Shown piece by piece: positions 1 to 10,567 of a DNA stretch of 53,524 bases. The stretch covers positions 1 through 53,524 of IMG/VR virus record IMGVR_UViG_3300020045_013114. One strand, written 5' to 3'. The stretch comes from a virus. Its lineage: Duplodnaviria > Caudoviricetes. Position numbers and translations under genes: made by a program. How positions within the stretch are numbered: the stretch's first letter is position 1; the number at the start of each line of letters is the position of its first letter. The notes beneath the pieces are model-generated. The model was not told where the DNA came from. It did no database searches and saw only the letters and a list, made by a program, of their open reading frames with translations.

Positions 1-120
1 GTTGGGGAAGATGAAAAAAATTGGGGCATTTCAGAGGGGAATAAGCTCATTGTTATTGGAATGACTGAGTTTAATGGAGAGTGTTACGTAAATAAGAATC
101 AGGTAATGCGTTGGATTTAA
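1..120 (+). CDS. 3' end of a truncated CDS, possibly GroES-like
   Basis: Frame 1 open to TAA at 118-120 (VGEDEKNWGISEGNKLIVIGMTEFNGECYVNKNQVMRWI); loose resemblance to the GroES C-terminal half. Confidence 0.35.
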   Translation, partial: VGEDEKNWGISEGNKLIVIGMTEFNGECYVNKNQVMRWI

Positions 121-161
121 AAATAATTCAAAATAAATTAGGTTTGTATTAAATAAAGTAT

Positions 162-169
162 TATATTTG
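162..169 (+). promoter_or_regulatory. Bacteroidota sigma-A type -7 box
   Basis: TATATTTG upstream of ORF 279. Confidence 0.7.
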
Positions 170-278
170 TAGAATAAATTATAAGTCAGTGTTTAAGAAA
201 GAGTTGCACTAGTCTTGAATTTAAAAATCTTGTTTTCTAGCCTTTATTCGGCGGAAACAAAAATAGAGAGAATTAATC

Positions 279-1022
279 ATGTCAAAATTGATAGACCGAA
301 AAGGAGAAGTATATGAAAATAGTAACAAAGAAAAAATTGTAATTATTGAGTATACAAATTATAGAAACGTATCTTTTATGTTTGAAGATGGAACTATAAT
401 CAAAAACCGAGAATATTCTGATTTAAAGAGGGGAAAGTTTAAAAATCCAAATAAACCTTCAATATATGGAGTTGGTTTTATAGGTCAAGGAGAATATCCG
501 TCCAGTATAAATAATAAAGTCTTAAAAAGTTATATATGTTGGAAAAGCATGTTGTCAAGAGTGTACTATGGTAAAGAATTATCATATAAAGATTGTACAG
601 TAATAGAAGAGTGGCACAACTTTCAGAATTTTGCCAAGTGGTTCTATGAAAACTACAATCCTGAAGTAATGGAGGATTGGCAACTTGACAAAGATATTCT
701 TCAAAAAGGTAACAAAATTTATTCTCCTGAAACATGCTGTTTTGTTCCGCAAGAGTTGAATATGCTGTTTGTTAAAAGAGTTAGAAATAGAGGTGATTTA
801 CCAATAGGTGTTTTTATACATAAAGGTAAAATTTGTTCTCAGATAAGTAATAGCAGTGGCAGGAAGTTTTTAGGTTACTATACTACACCCGAAGAAGCTT
901 TCCAAGCATATAAAACAGCTAAAGAAGCTCACATTAAAGAGGTTGCAGACAAATGGAAACCATTAATCAAGCCTGAAGTCTACGAAGCAATGTATACTTA
1001 TGAAGTTGAAATAACAGACTAG
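279..1022 (+). CDS. HNH-like (His-Me finger) endonuclease family protein with C-terminal AP2-like domain, copy 1
   Basis: WHNFQNFAKWF..LDKDIL..GNKIYSPETCCFVP..N; C-terminal LPIGV..LGYYTTPEEAFQAY; paralogs at 48515 and 52509. Confidence 0.75.
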   Translation: MSKLIDRKGEVYENSNKEKIVIIEYTNYRNVSFMFEDGTIIKNREYSDLKRGKFKNPNKPSIYGVGFIGQGEYPSSINNKVLKSYICWKSMLSRVYYGKELSYKDCTVIEEWHNFQNFAKWFYENYNPEVMEDWQLDKDILQKGNKIYSPETCCFVPQELNMLFVKRVRNRGDLPIGVFIHKGKICSQISNSSGRKFLGYYTTPEEAFQAYKTAKEAHIKEVADKWKPLIKPEVYEAMYTYEVEITD

Positions 1023-1030
1023 TTTCCAGG

Positions 1031-1170
1031 TAACGACGGCTAACAGCTACTAAGCGAATATAGCGGTTTTAGTCTTGAATTTAAAAACAATCTTGTATCT
1101 GTTAAAATCGGCGAAAAACAGTAAAAACAAGGAATTTTAACCCGCTACATCGCCTAGTAGCAAAACGTTA
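1031..1170 (+). repeat. Flavo-1/attC-like long imperfect hairpin
   Basis: TAAC(1041)...GTTA(1167) closing; pairs gctacta/tagtagc, gcga/tcgc, tagcgg/ccgcta, cttg/caag. Confidence 0.6.
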
Positions 1171-1202
1171 TAATGCATAATTTTTTCATATTTTTATTTT
1201 TT

Positions 1203-1231
1203 AAGCAGAGACGTAAAGTTTCTGCTTTTTT
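1203..1231 (+). terminator. Intrinsic terminator
   Basis: aagcagagac-gtaaa-gtttctgctt followed by T-tract. Confidence 0.8.
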
Positions 1232-1232
1232 G

Positions 1233-1264
1233 TTTGTGTATGTTAAATAAGTTTTGTATATTTG
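1233..1264 (+). promoter_or_regulatory. Bacteroidota-type promoter
   Basis: TTTG-N20-TATATTTG. Confidence 0.8.
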
Positions 1265-1423
1265 TGGAATAAAATAATAAGATATGGAAGACTATATTAG
1301 AAGTATGTTTATAGAGGTTTATAATAAATTTATAAATAGCGGTAAAATTACTAATGGAGATGCGCTTTTCTTAAAAATATATTTTAGTAATAATGAAGAA
1401 TTTTTAAAAATTGTAAATAACTT

Positions 1424-1621
1424 ATGATACAGAAAACAATTAAATTTTTAATAGTTTTAGCACTATTTACTATAATTCCTTATAGTATTGGAGCCTATGT
1501 AAATTATTCTTATGTAAATCATTGGGCAATAATTACATTAATTGGACTACTTGTAGAATCTGTCGCACTTATGATTTTATTAGTCTTTATAATAGTTTTA
1601 ATGGAGTTAAATATAATATGA
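1424..1621 (+). CDS. Small two-TM membrane protein
   Basis: Two hydrophobic segments; ATGA overlap with next gene. Confidence 0.6.
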   Translation: MIQKTIKFLIVLALFTIIPYSIGAYVNYSYVNHWAIITLIGLLVESVALMILLVFIIVLMELNII

Positions 1622-2085
1622 TACAAAAAATAATAAATTTCTTTCGCACTTCGTTTAAGGGTTTTACCCGCGCCAAAAAAGAAATAAAGACAGAAATATT
1701 TCTAGGCTACAATCACACAACAGAAGAACTAGAAATACTAAGACTTATAAACGAATACAGACTAACCTTAAAACTAAGACAACTTTATACAAACAGTTAT
1801 CTTTCTTACAAGTGCGAACAGCATAATTTAGAAATGATTGCAGCAGATAAAGTTTCACATAATGGAAGCGAAAAAAGATTTTCTGAAATCATTAAGTATT
1901 TAAAATGCGTTGCTGTTGCCGAGAATGTAGCATATGATTATAAGTCACCACAAGGAGTTTTTGATGCTTGGATTAGAAGTGACAGTCACAGAGATAATAT
2001 TGTTGGAGATTTTATGGAGTTTGGAGTTTCGGCGAGAAAAGATTTAGAAGGAAAGATTTACTATACAAATATTTTTATAAAATGA
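1618..2085 (+). CDS. CAP/SCP domain protein
   Basis: LRLINEYR..H..M..SH.G..AENVA..AWIRSDSHRDNI..GV..YYTNIF; start moved to ATG 1618 (ATGA coupling). Confidence 0.85.
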   Translation: MIQKIINFFRTSFKGFTRAKKEIKTEIFLGYNHTTEELEILRLINEYRLTLKLRQLYTNSYLSYKCEQHNLEMIAADKVSHNGSEKRFSEIIKYLKCVAVAENVAYDYKSPQGVFDAWIRSDSHRDNIVGDFMEFGVSARKDLEGKIYYTNIFIK

Positions 2086-4786
2086 CACCAAAAACTAGAG
2101 CAAAAGGGATATTTAAAAAGTTTTCAAAAGGAAAAGATGAACATGGGTGGAATCTATGTGAATTTGATAGCTGTGCAAAACAATGCGCATTAATAGTAGT
2201 TGATGAACTAATAAGTCAAATGTTTTCATTAATGAAAGTTTTCAATGAGGATAGAAGTGAATTTGAAGCAATAGAATTAGACTACTGGCAAAAAGTAAAA
2301 CAAGAAATAGAAAAATTATGAAATTACAAGATGAATTTAAAGGATTGGTATATCCTTATTTAGGAAGTGGTATGTTAATAAATGAAAGTGATGAGTCAGT
2401 TATAGAAACTAATTCTAAAATTTGTGAAAAAGTAGCTGAAAATTTTGCTATTGGGTTTGTTGAATGGCTTAATTATAAAAGTTACAGAGCTTATAGTAAT
2501 GGTTGGGCTAATTTTGAAACGAAAGTGGTTAAGGAAAACGAATTGCTACAAATCTATAAAAAAGAAAAAGGATTATGAACGAATATAATACAGTTATAAA
2601 CCTAATAATATTATCTATGCTCAGTGGATTTATAGGATTTACTATCGCAAAATTTATTTATAAAAAATAATTATGATAAGATTTAGTATTAATTCAGAAA
2701 ATAAAACTATAGAACTTCTTAGTGGTGGTACAATAGAAGAGTTGAGAGATTTGTGTGAGAAGTATAAAGATTATTCTTTTTCAGTTTCTTTTGCGCGGGC
2801 AGAGTCCTTAAACGAAGTGCCAAAAACAGAAAATAAAGGAATGGTAGTCGGGGCAAATTATATTAAGTTAATAGGGAATATTGAACACAACTAATTATGA
2901 CAACAGAACGGTTTAAAGAAATAGAAGAAAGAAATAGACATAATCCAATAGTATTATGCTATGAATATTTCCGAGAAGAAAAAGGAGGGAATATGGATTT
3001 ACAATCTTTTCAAAATAACTTTCAGATTTGGATTATGACACAAACATTTGGAAATATTAATGGAGGATTAAATGCTATTGTTGAATATTTAAAAAATAAA
3101 CACAAATGAAACAGATAAATAAATGGAAACTTCTAACAGAAGATATTGTAGATATTTGGATAAGAGAATATTTTGAAATTTCAAGTGACGAAGATGTAGA
3201 TTTTTATTGGATAGGTGATGAAGTCGGTGGTATATTTGAATTTGCCGACTATTTTATTAGTTTTGTAGATGTATTAAACTGTTATAAGCTAAAGATAACT
3301 AAAGAGCAATTCTTTTTATGGAATGAGTATATATTAGATAATCAGTTTGTTAATATTTCTCTCGCCAAATTTATTTTGTCGCCAGAAGAAAAAGATAAAA
3401 AAGAGAAAGAAAATTTGGAAAGATTAAAAGAGAATGTTATATTTGCAGAGCAAGAATTTAATAAGGCTTTAGAAAATTATAAACAATGAGATACACAGAC
3501 CAAAAATCAAAAACAGTTTACGAAGATATTGAAGTAGAAGTGCCTGATGGAGATAGTTATTTTCACACTTGGAATGAAGATGATGAACCTGAATACTACT
3601 ATAGATTGCATATAAAGAAAGACCCTAGATTTGATACTCTATATTATATTGCAATAACTAAAGTCTGCGCTTATGATGACAACTTTTTTGTAAGCTGGAA
3701 AGAAATAAGTGAATCTGAATTGCCGTATAGTTTAAGAGGGTATTTTTGTGGCGAACAAAAGAAAGAAACAATAACAGAAGAGGAATTCAATAAAGTTAAA
3801 CAAGAAATACTAAATAAACTATGAATTTTTACTACGACCCAATCTTAGGATTACAATATACAAATTTACACCCTACTATAATATTAGACATAGCAGTAAT
3901 ACCTAAAGATTTAGATATTAAACAGTTTTTAAAAGAGTGGCAAGAGAGCTATAACTTATTTTGGGATACAGAAATTAATTATTATCCTCAAATTGAAGTA
4001 ATTGGAAACATAACAGAATATAGATTATGACAGTAGAAGAATTATTAAAAGATAAATTAGAAGAATACTACTATGATGAAGATACTATTATGGTAACAAC
4101 GGCATTTTTAGATATGTTTGCTAAAGAATTTGCTAAAGAAAAATGTAAAGAGTTATTAGAGATAGTGGCAGAGAAAGTTGTAGCAACAGTTGCATTTTCG
4201 CCAGGGCAACCTGTTAGAGGGTATGTTAAAAAAGACAGTATATTAAATGCTGTTGATTTAGACAGTTTTATTATTTAACTTTTTCTGCGGCAAAAATGAA
4301 AGAAACAGACAAATATAAATACTGCAATCATCATCACGAACTAACAGAAGAACACGAGATAGTGGATTTTGGAGAGGGAGAGTTTGTAGCAAACAAAAAA
4401 GCAATACCACTTCTAAAAGCTCTAAACGATTTAGGTTTAAGAACTAGAACACATCATATTGACGCAGTTGGCAATAATAATTTCTTTTCTATTATTTTGG
4501 CGGAAAATATAGAAATAGAAGTAAAAACTGTTAATGAAATCGACGCAGAAAGGACTAAATACAATGGACAAAAAGAATTATTAATACAATGGAGATTATG
4601 AGAACAACAAAAAATGAAAAGTTAATTAAAGAGGTAATAGAAACAAGTGAAATGTTATATTATTATACAAATTCTGCACAAAAACTTTTAAATCGACTAC
4701 AAAATACTAAACTCACACGTACTGAAGAAGAACGTTGGAATACTAAAGAAAGATTGATAGAAGATTTAGAGTCATTTACTTATTAA
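2082..4786 (+). other. Run of translationally coupled small hypothetical ORFs (2082, 2318, 2673, 2897, 3106, 3486, 3821, 4027, 4296, 4589)
   Basis: Abutting or overlapping start/stop codons, same strand, phage-typical sizes. Confidence 0.75.
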
Positions 4787-4788
4787 GT

Positions 4789-4962
4789 ATGAATAGTTTA
4801 GTAGGACAAACGTTAGAATTCGCGCAAAAAGAATTAAAAGACAGAGAATTTAGAATCACAAGAATAGACAATAAACCACTAATGATAACTTGTGATTTCC
4901 ACCCCGACAGATTAAATCTTCAAATAGAAAAAGGAATAATAGTAAAAGTAACAGAAGGATGA
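4789..4962 (+). CDS. 57-aa potato-inhibitor-I / I78-like serine protease inhibitor (absent from the ORF track)
   Basis: MNSLVGQTLEFAQKELKDREFRITRIDNKPLMITCDFHPDRLNLQIEKGIIVKVTEG; LVG...T.D..PDRLN....G pattern. Confidence 0.75.
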   Translation: MNSLVGQTLEFAQKELKDREFRITRIDNKPLMITCDFHPDRLNLQIEKGIIVKVTEG

Positions 4963-6093
4963 CAATAATAGAAAGAAGAATAGTAGAGCAATGTTGGTAT
5001 GAGGATACTTATACTAAAAGGGGATGGGATTCTCACGGGTGGATTTTTAAAGATGATCACCAAGGAATTTTTACAAATTGGGAAATTGTAGAAATATTGG
5101 ACTCGGATAAATATGGAAATCCTTTAATAGGAATCGCCGAAAAAGAAACTGAAATAGATTAATATGCAAGAATTAATAGAAAAGTTAAACGATTTAAAAA
5201 TATTACAAGTAAGAGGTGATTGGCAAGAAAACATTCCTGAAGATATTTGGAAAGAATATTTTGAGAATACCCCTTTTGAAGAAGTAGCTTTTGATTTAGA
5301 TGTTGACACCCATAGATGGTATGAAACATCAACTATAGTTATTAGAATAGACGGTGTTTTTATGGGAATAAATTGTATTACAAATACATTTTCTGAATCT
5401 ATGGACTATGAAGACTGTTATCATTATTTAGAGTTTATGGAGATGGAGGAATTTCAAACCGTTTCATATCGCGCGAAAAAAAGATGAAAACAAAACTTTT
5501 AAGAAAACTAAGAAACAGAGGAAGAAATAAAATAACCATAAACTCCATAACAACAGTTGGGAATACAACTACAGGAATGAAATACAGTTATAATGAAAAT
5601 GAGTATAGCGGATTATTTGATTATGGAGATACAGAGCAAGACGTAAAAGAAAAAGCTTGCCGAAGATATTTAGAAACAAACATAGAACAGATAAGAAAGC
5701 AGTATAAAAAATATAGTTGTAATTTGGCAAAAAAGTAATATGACAGAAAAACAAAAACAGTTGAAAATAGCATTTAGAAAACCTTATGGAGACGATAAGT
5801 ATTTAGTGCAAGAACCTTACAGTGGTGCTTGGATATATGACCAAGAAGACACTTTTAAAATAGATAATATTCCCTTTGAAGCTGAATTAGAATATATAAC
5901 TTATGAAACAGGAAGAAGTTCTTTACATACTATTTGGCGGGATAAAAAAAGAAAATTAGATTATGTTGCCTCCTTTGGAATGTTACACGGTGTAGTTTTA
6001 ATGGATGAAATAAAGGATAGGAAGATTAAAGGAACTTTTCAGTTTTATAAACAAGGCACTTCAATTTTATTAGAATTCGCTCCAAAAAATTAA
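4959..6093 (+). other. Small hypothetical ORFs (4959, 5164, 5484, 5740)
   Basis: Coupled ORFs; no recognised motif. Confidence 0.7.
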
Positions 6094-6098
6094 AATAA

Positions 6099-6242
6099 AT
6101 GGAAAAAGAAAAATGCCCAAACTGTAAAACAGAATTAGAACACACAAGCATATCAGATATGTATTCAGTAGTAACATCTTCCTGTAGTTATTGCCCAAAA
6201 TGTTTATACGTAACAGATGAATATATAAGATTGTCGAAATGA
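6099..6242 (+). CDS. 47-aa zinc-ribbon protein (absent from the ORF track)
   Basis: MEKEKCPNCK...YCPKCLY; ATGA overlap with 6239. Confidence 0.65.
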   Translation: MEKEKCPNCKTELEHTSISDMYSVVTSSCSYCPKCLYVTDEYIRLSK

Positions 6243-6943
6243 AACCAAAACTATATTACAGAGTAGATGAAAAAGGAATTCCCTTTGATAATTTCTGTTC
6301 TGATGCCGCAATAGGGGCTAATGAGGCAGATATATTGTGTATTGCATTCTCCGATATAAAACAAGTTCCTAAAAGTCAGTACAATATTGTAGTAACAACA
6401 GTTGAAGAGTCTCAAGAGTGGTTAGGGTATAAAGTATTTCCTATCAATGATACTTGGGCGGGAGAATTTAAGAAAAGAGAGGAAAAATTCTGTTTGTTGG
6501 AAGAAATAGAAAAATATCCTTGTTTTATAAAACCCGCGCAGGATATAAAACAGTTTACAGGAATTGTAGTTGAGAATGAGAAAGAAGCTAAACTATTCAC
6601 TAGCAATTATGATGGACAGTTATCAGTTCAGGAGATTGTGGAGATAGAAAGTGAATATCGTTTATACTATACAGAGACAAGAGGTATTTTAGGAATTAAA
6701 CATTATCTTGGAAATCCTTACTTAGTTCCTGATGAAAAGTTTGTGGAAGAGCTTGTATTTCACGCGAAAAAAGAGTTAAAAGAGAAATCATTTACTCTAG
6801 ACATAGGAATAAAAAACAACGGAGAAACATTCTTAATAGAAATTAATGACGGATGGGCTGTAGGTAATTATGGATTACCGCCAAACCTATACTACAGTTT
6901 TGTAAAGGCACGATGGTTACAGTTAACAGGCGTAATAAAATAA
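6239..6943 (+). CDS. ATP-grasp protein, R2K/DUF4343-like
   Basis: FIKP..KQFTG, EYRLY, FTLDIG, LIEIND.WA.G.YG motifs. Confidence 0.8.
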   Translation: MKPKLYYRVDEKGIPFDNFCSDAAIGANEADILCIAFSDIKQVPKSQYNIVVTTVEESQEWLGYKVFPINDTWAGEFKKREEKFCLLEEIEKYPCFIKPAQDIKQFTGIVVENEKEAKLFTSNYDGQLSVQEIVEIESEYRLYYTETRGILGIKHYLGNPYLVPDEKFVEELVFHAKKELKEKSFTLDIGIKNNGETFLIEINDGWAVGNYGLPPNLYYSFVKARWLQLTGVIK

Positions 6944-6964
6944 AAAGCAATTCGTACTTGTAAT

Positions 6965-6992
6965 GTCCTCACTATAACAGTGGGGATTTTTT
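6965..6992 (+). terminator. Intrinsic terminator
   Basis: gtcctcact-ataac-agtggggat + T-tract. Confidence 0.8.
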
Positions 6993-7600
6993 ATGCGCAC
7001 ACCCCTCTCTCAAAATGTACCTATGCTTATATAAGCACCCCCCTATAAGATTTTAAAAAACATACCCCCACCCTAAAATAGACGTTTTAAGAGCTTAAAA
7101 ATTTTAAGTGGATAGTTAGTATTGTTTTTGATAGTTTTTTAATTGTAGTGGCTATTTTTATGCTTATAAGTACTACTATTAAAAAGTGGATAGATGTATT
7201 TGTAGGTGGCAGGATAAAATTGGGTTATACGGATTACTGACACCTACCACTTCTCAAGAACAGCTATACCCCCACCGAGCTTTTCTGGGGTACTCCCTAT
7301 CTTTGCTATACATTTTATTTTTTGAAGCCTTAAAACGCCTTATTTTGACTTTTATTTTGAAAGTTTTTATAAGGCTTTTATATTTTATATTTGTTGTTGG
7401 TTTATATGTGTTATATTGTTTTGTTAACTGTTCCTTTCTGTTTTATTCTTTTTTGCGCGAAATTCTATGTATTTATTTTATTATATATTGAATTGTGCGC
7501 GCCCGTTATACAACAAAAAAAGTTAATATCCTAATGTTTTTTATTTTTTTCTAAGTTATTTTAGTCGTTATTTTGTCCTGTCGCTAATGACAAACAAACT
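6993..7600. other. Long non-coding region, candidate genome end or packaging region
   Basis: No credible ORF; C-runs, short palindromes, T-rich block; gene style changes downstream. Confidence 0.4.
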
Positions 7601-7918
7601 CTTATTAATCTTTAAATACTTTTATATTATGAAATCAAATAGAATAATACTTACAGTAATGAAACAGGATAACACTACTATAACAGTCGTTACCAAAGAA
7701 AACGAAAGTATAGACGATTGTTTAATTCGTCGATGTCCTGATTATAAAGCCTATAAAATCGTATAATTATGAAACTATCTAAAAGCATTGCAAAGCGTGT
7801 ACGTACTAATTGGTATTATATTAATCGTAAACCGATATTTGTTTTATCAGTTCTTTTCTTTTTAATCTTTTTTTGCGCAAATTTGCTACTTAATTTAATT
7901 AACTTAATCTAATATATT

Positions 7919-8585
7919 ATGATACAAATAACACTTACAGAAACAAGACTGACAAAAAACCCAAACACTAAAACCACTTACATAGTTGATAGTGTAGAAA
8001 CAAATGTAGTTACCGAAAAACAACACAGTTTAACAACCAGCGACAATGCTATTAAATGGTTTAGACGGATAGGTGGAAAAGAAACTTTACAAAGGTCTTA
8101 CACTTGCGCGGGCTACGTTGTAACAAAGTTAATAAGCACTTCGCCCGACAAGGAAACAAAAGTAATAAGAGAATATAAATTTAAAAGCATATAACTATGG
8201 ACGTTTTATTTATCACATTAGAAAACGAGTTGACACAATTAGTGTACACTTATTCAGGGTCACAAAGACTTAAAACAGAAATGTTAAAACGTAAAATAAA
8301 CTATACCAAAGTTTGTCACGGTGCAAAGGTAAGTTTTGTTTTAAGGCATAAGGATATAAAAGGGGGTAAATTAACAGTAACACTATAATTATGAAAATAG
8401 TAGCAACACAAGCGATAAAAACAGCCGAAATACACAAAGAAAACAAAGTATTTGCAGTTAGACTGTTTGAACACGGGCAATATATAGAAACTTTTTACAG
8501 TAGATTAAAAAGAGATATTAAGCCACAATTAAAAAAGTTAGGGTATAAACTAACTTATGATTTTTCACTACTTAAAACACTATAA
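7919..8585 (+). other. Early-type small ORFs (7919, 8197, 8391)
   Basis: Coupled ORFs with A-rich starts. Confidence 0.65.
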
Positions 8586-8587
8586 TT

Positions 8588-8755
8588 ATGGAAGCAATTA
8601 CATATCACAGGAAGCCAACCAAAGGCGAAATAAAGTTTGGCGAGGGTGCAACACATTACAAAGACTTTGAGCCGTGTTTTTGTTGGAATGACAAAACAGA
8701 CAGTCCAAAACGTTGGTTAATTTGTCCAGTTGATGGATTAAGGTATTACTATTAA
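8588..8755 (+). CDS. 55-aa small phage protein (absent from the ORF track)
   Basis: MEAITYHRKPTKGEIKFGEGATHYKDF...DGLRYYY; resembles small proteins of crAss-like/Bacteroidota phages (from recall). Confidence 0.65.
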   Translation: MEAITYHRKPTKGEIKFGEGATHYKDFEPCFCWNDKTDSPKRWLICPVDGLRYYY

Positions 8756-8881
8756 TCTATTTTTCGGGCGAAAAGAAAATTAAAACAGCAAAGATAAACA
8801 AAACAAATTTAATAAACAATAGTAAAGATAAAAAACTTTTATTTACCTTTACATAGTCTAACAAATAAAACATATACTATT

Positions 8882-9226
8882 ATGAAAACTTCACTTTACA
8901 CATTTTTTGAAAAAACAATTATTGATAACATCGATTTTGAAGGGTACGAAATAAGTAACGATTGTTATTTATACGACAAGATTAAAACCCTTTACAATAT
9001 CTTTAAGCGCGAATACGGATTTATGATTGAAAGGATAGGCGAACAAAAAGCATTTAGCGAATGGTTGCAAGGTTTACCAAGTGCGTTAACAGTTCCGTTT
9101 TATTATAGTGAAATTTTAGAAAATGCCTTAATTGCTGGTATAAATGTACAGGATGAGGAAAAGTTTTGTTTAGAGTATTGGGATAATTTAAGTAGTGCTT
9201 TTTTTACTCTTAAAGATAACCTTTAA
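8882..9226 (+). CDS. Hypothetical early protein
   Basis: 114-aa ORF with EWLQGLPS motif; TACCTTTA promoter-like box upstream. Confidence 0.75.
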   Translation: MKTSLYTFFEKTIIDNIDFEGYEISNDCYLYDKIKTLYNIFKREYGFMIERIGEQKAFSEWLQGLPSALTVPFYYSEILENALIAGINVQDEEKFCLEYWDNLSSAFFTLKDNL

Positions 9227-9689
9227 TTTTTCCGCGCAAAAAGAAACTAAACAGAAAAACTATGTTACAAACACTAACAGTTTATAGAGAGTGGGAAAGT
9301 AGCTATAATATGCTAACTATCTTAAAAGATGATAAAGGAAAGGTAAAAGCCATTATACCATCGAGCATAAGGCAACCAAGACGCGGACAAAAAACAATAA
9401 AATTAAATTGCTGGACTTGGTTATTAAATTGGGAACACGTACCAAAGGAATATATAAAAGTAAAGGATAGAGTTTAAAAACAATTTAAAATAAATAACTA
9501 TGTTAGATTTTTTATTCGGTGAACAAAGCATCACCATAAGCAAACCAATACACGGAAATTTAAACAATATATTTAAGGTTCGTTATATAGGATATACTAA
9601 AAAGGAAGCAAAAGAAAAGTTTAAACAAGACTTTAAAAAGGAACAAAGTAAGTATTTTATTAATATACCTTAAAATAGTTGATAATATG

Positions 9690-9721
9690 TTTGGTAGTAT
9701 CAATCTAATTTTGTATATTTG
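9690..9721 (+). promoter_or_regulatory. Bacteroidota-type promoter
   Basis: TTTG-N20-TATATTTG. Confidence 0.8.
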
Positions 9722-9730
9722 TTTAATAAA

Positions 9731-9990
9731 TCAATGTTTAACGGTTTAAAAACTTATCAATGGGGTATATCGCAAAGGAAATAAGCACAAATAAAGTGTA
9801 TTATAGCAAAGGAGCAAACAAAATAAGCGAAAAAATAGGGTGCAACTACTCTACACTAACAAAATTTTTCAATTTAAAGGAAAATATCGGCAAAGAAAAG
9901 ACTATAAAAGGGTTTATTATATCAAAAACAATCGATTTAATCAACCAAAATAGGGGAAATAATATAAAATTCAATGTTTAACGGTTTAAA
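9731..9990 (+). repeat. Exact 20-bp direct repeat TCAATGTTTAACGGTTTAAA (9731-9750, 9971-9990)
   Basis: Read directly; brackets ORF 9760-9981. Confidence 0.9.
9760..9981 (+). CDS. Small HTH DNA-binding protein
   Basis: GANKISEKIGCNYSTLTKFF helix-turn-helix pattern; basic. Confidence 0.6.
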   Translation: MGYIAKEISTNKVYYSKGANKISEKIGCNYSTLTKFFNLKENIGKEKTIKGFIISKTIDLINQNRGNNIKFNV

Positions 9991-10567
9991 CGCTTATAGA
10001 TTTTGCGCAAAAACAAATTAAAAACAGAAAAAATGAGAACTAAAATAGAAAACAGTCTAATACAATTAGCAAACAACATAAAAGATAAAGGACTATACAA
10101 AACAATACAAACAATCCTTTACGGTAACAGTAAACACATAGCACCAAACGAATGTAAGTGGTAAAATTATTGTTAGATGCGTCTAAATATAGGTTAGGAC
10201 ACCCCTAAACAAATTTTTAGTCTTGTCTAAAAAACACTAAAACAATCCTCCCAAATCAGGGGCGCGCTATCTAATACCCTAAATAATAACCTTAACAAAC
10301 ATTAACATTTAAAAGCTATGGAAACCCCAAAAGAATACGCACAAAGAAAGTTTAAAGAAAACAACAGTATGAAAGGTTTAGCAAGAATCTTTATAAGTAA
10401 TATGCTTTACAATTCTTTTTTACAGTCAGATAAAGATTTTTATTCTGATGCTTTGAAAGAATTAGATTTGCTCTAATTTCTTTTCGCGGCAAACCATTAA
10501 CAAACAACCATTATAATTAAACCTAATAGCATTTTTAACCCTTTTAAAGCAATAAAAATTTAAAGTT

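Noticed and set aside
7186-7491. 101-aa hydrophobic ORF
   Set aside because: GTG start; hydrophobicity comes from T-rich non-coding sequence.
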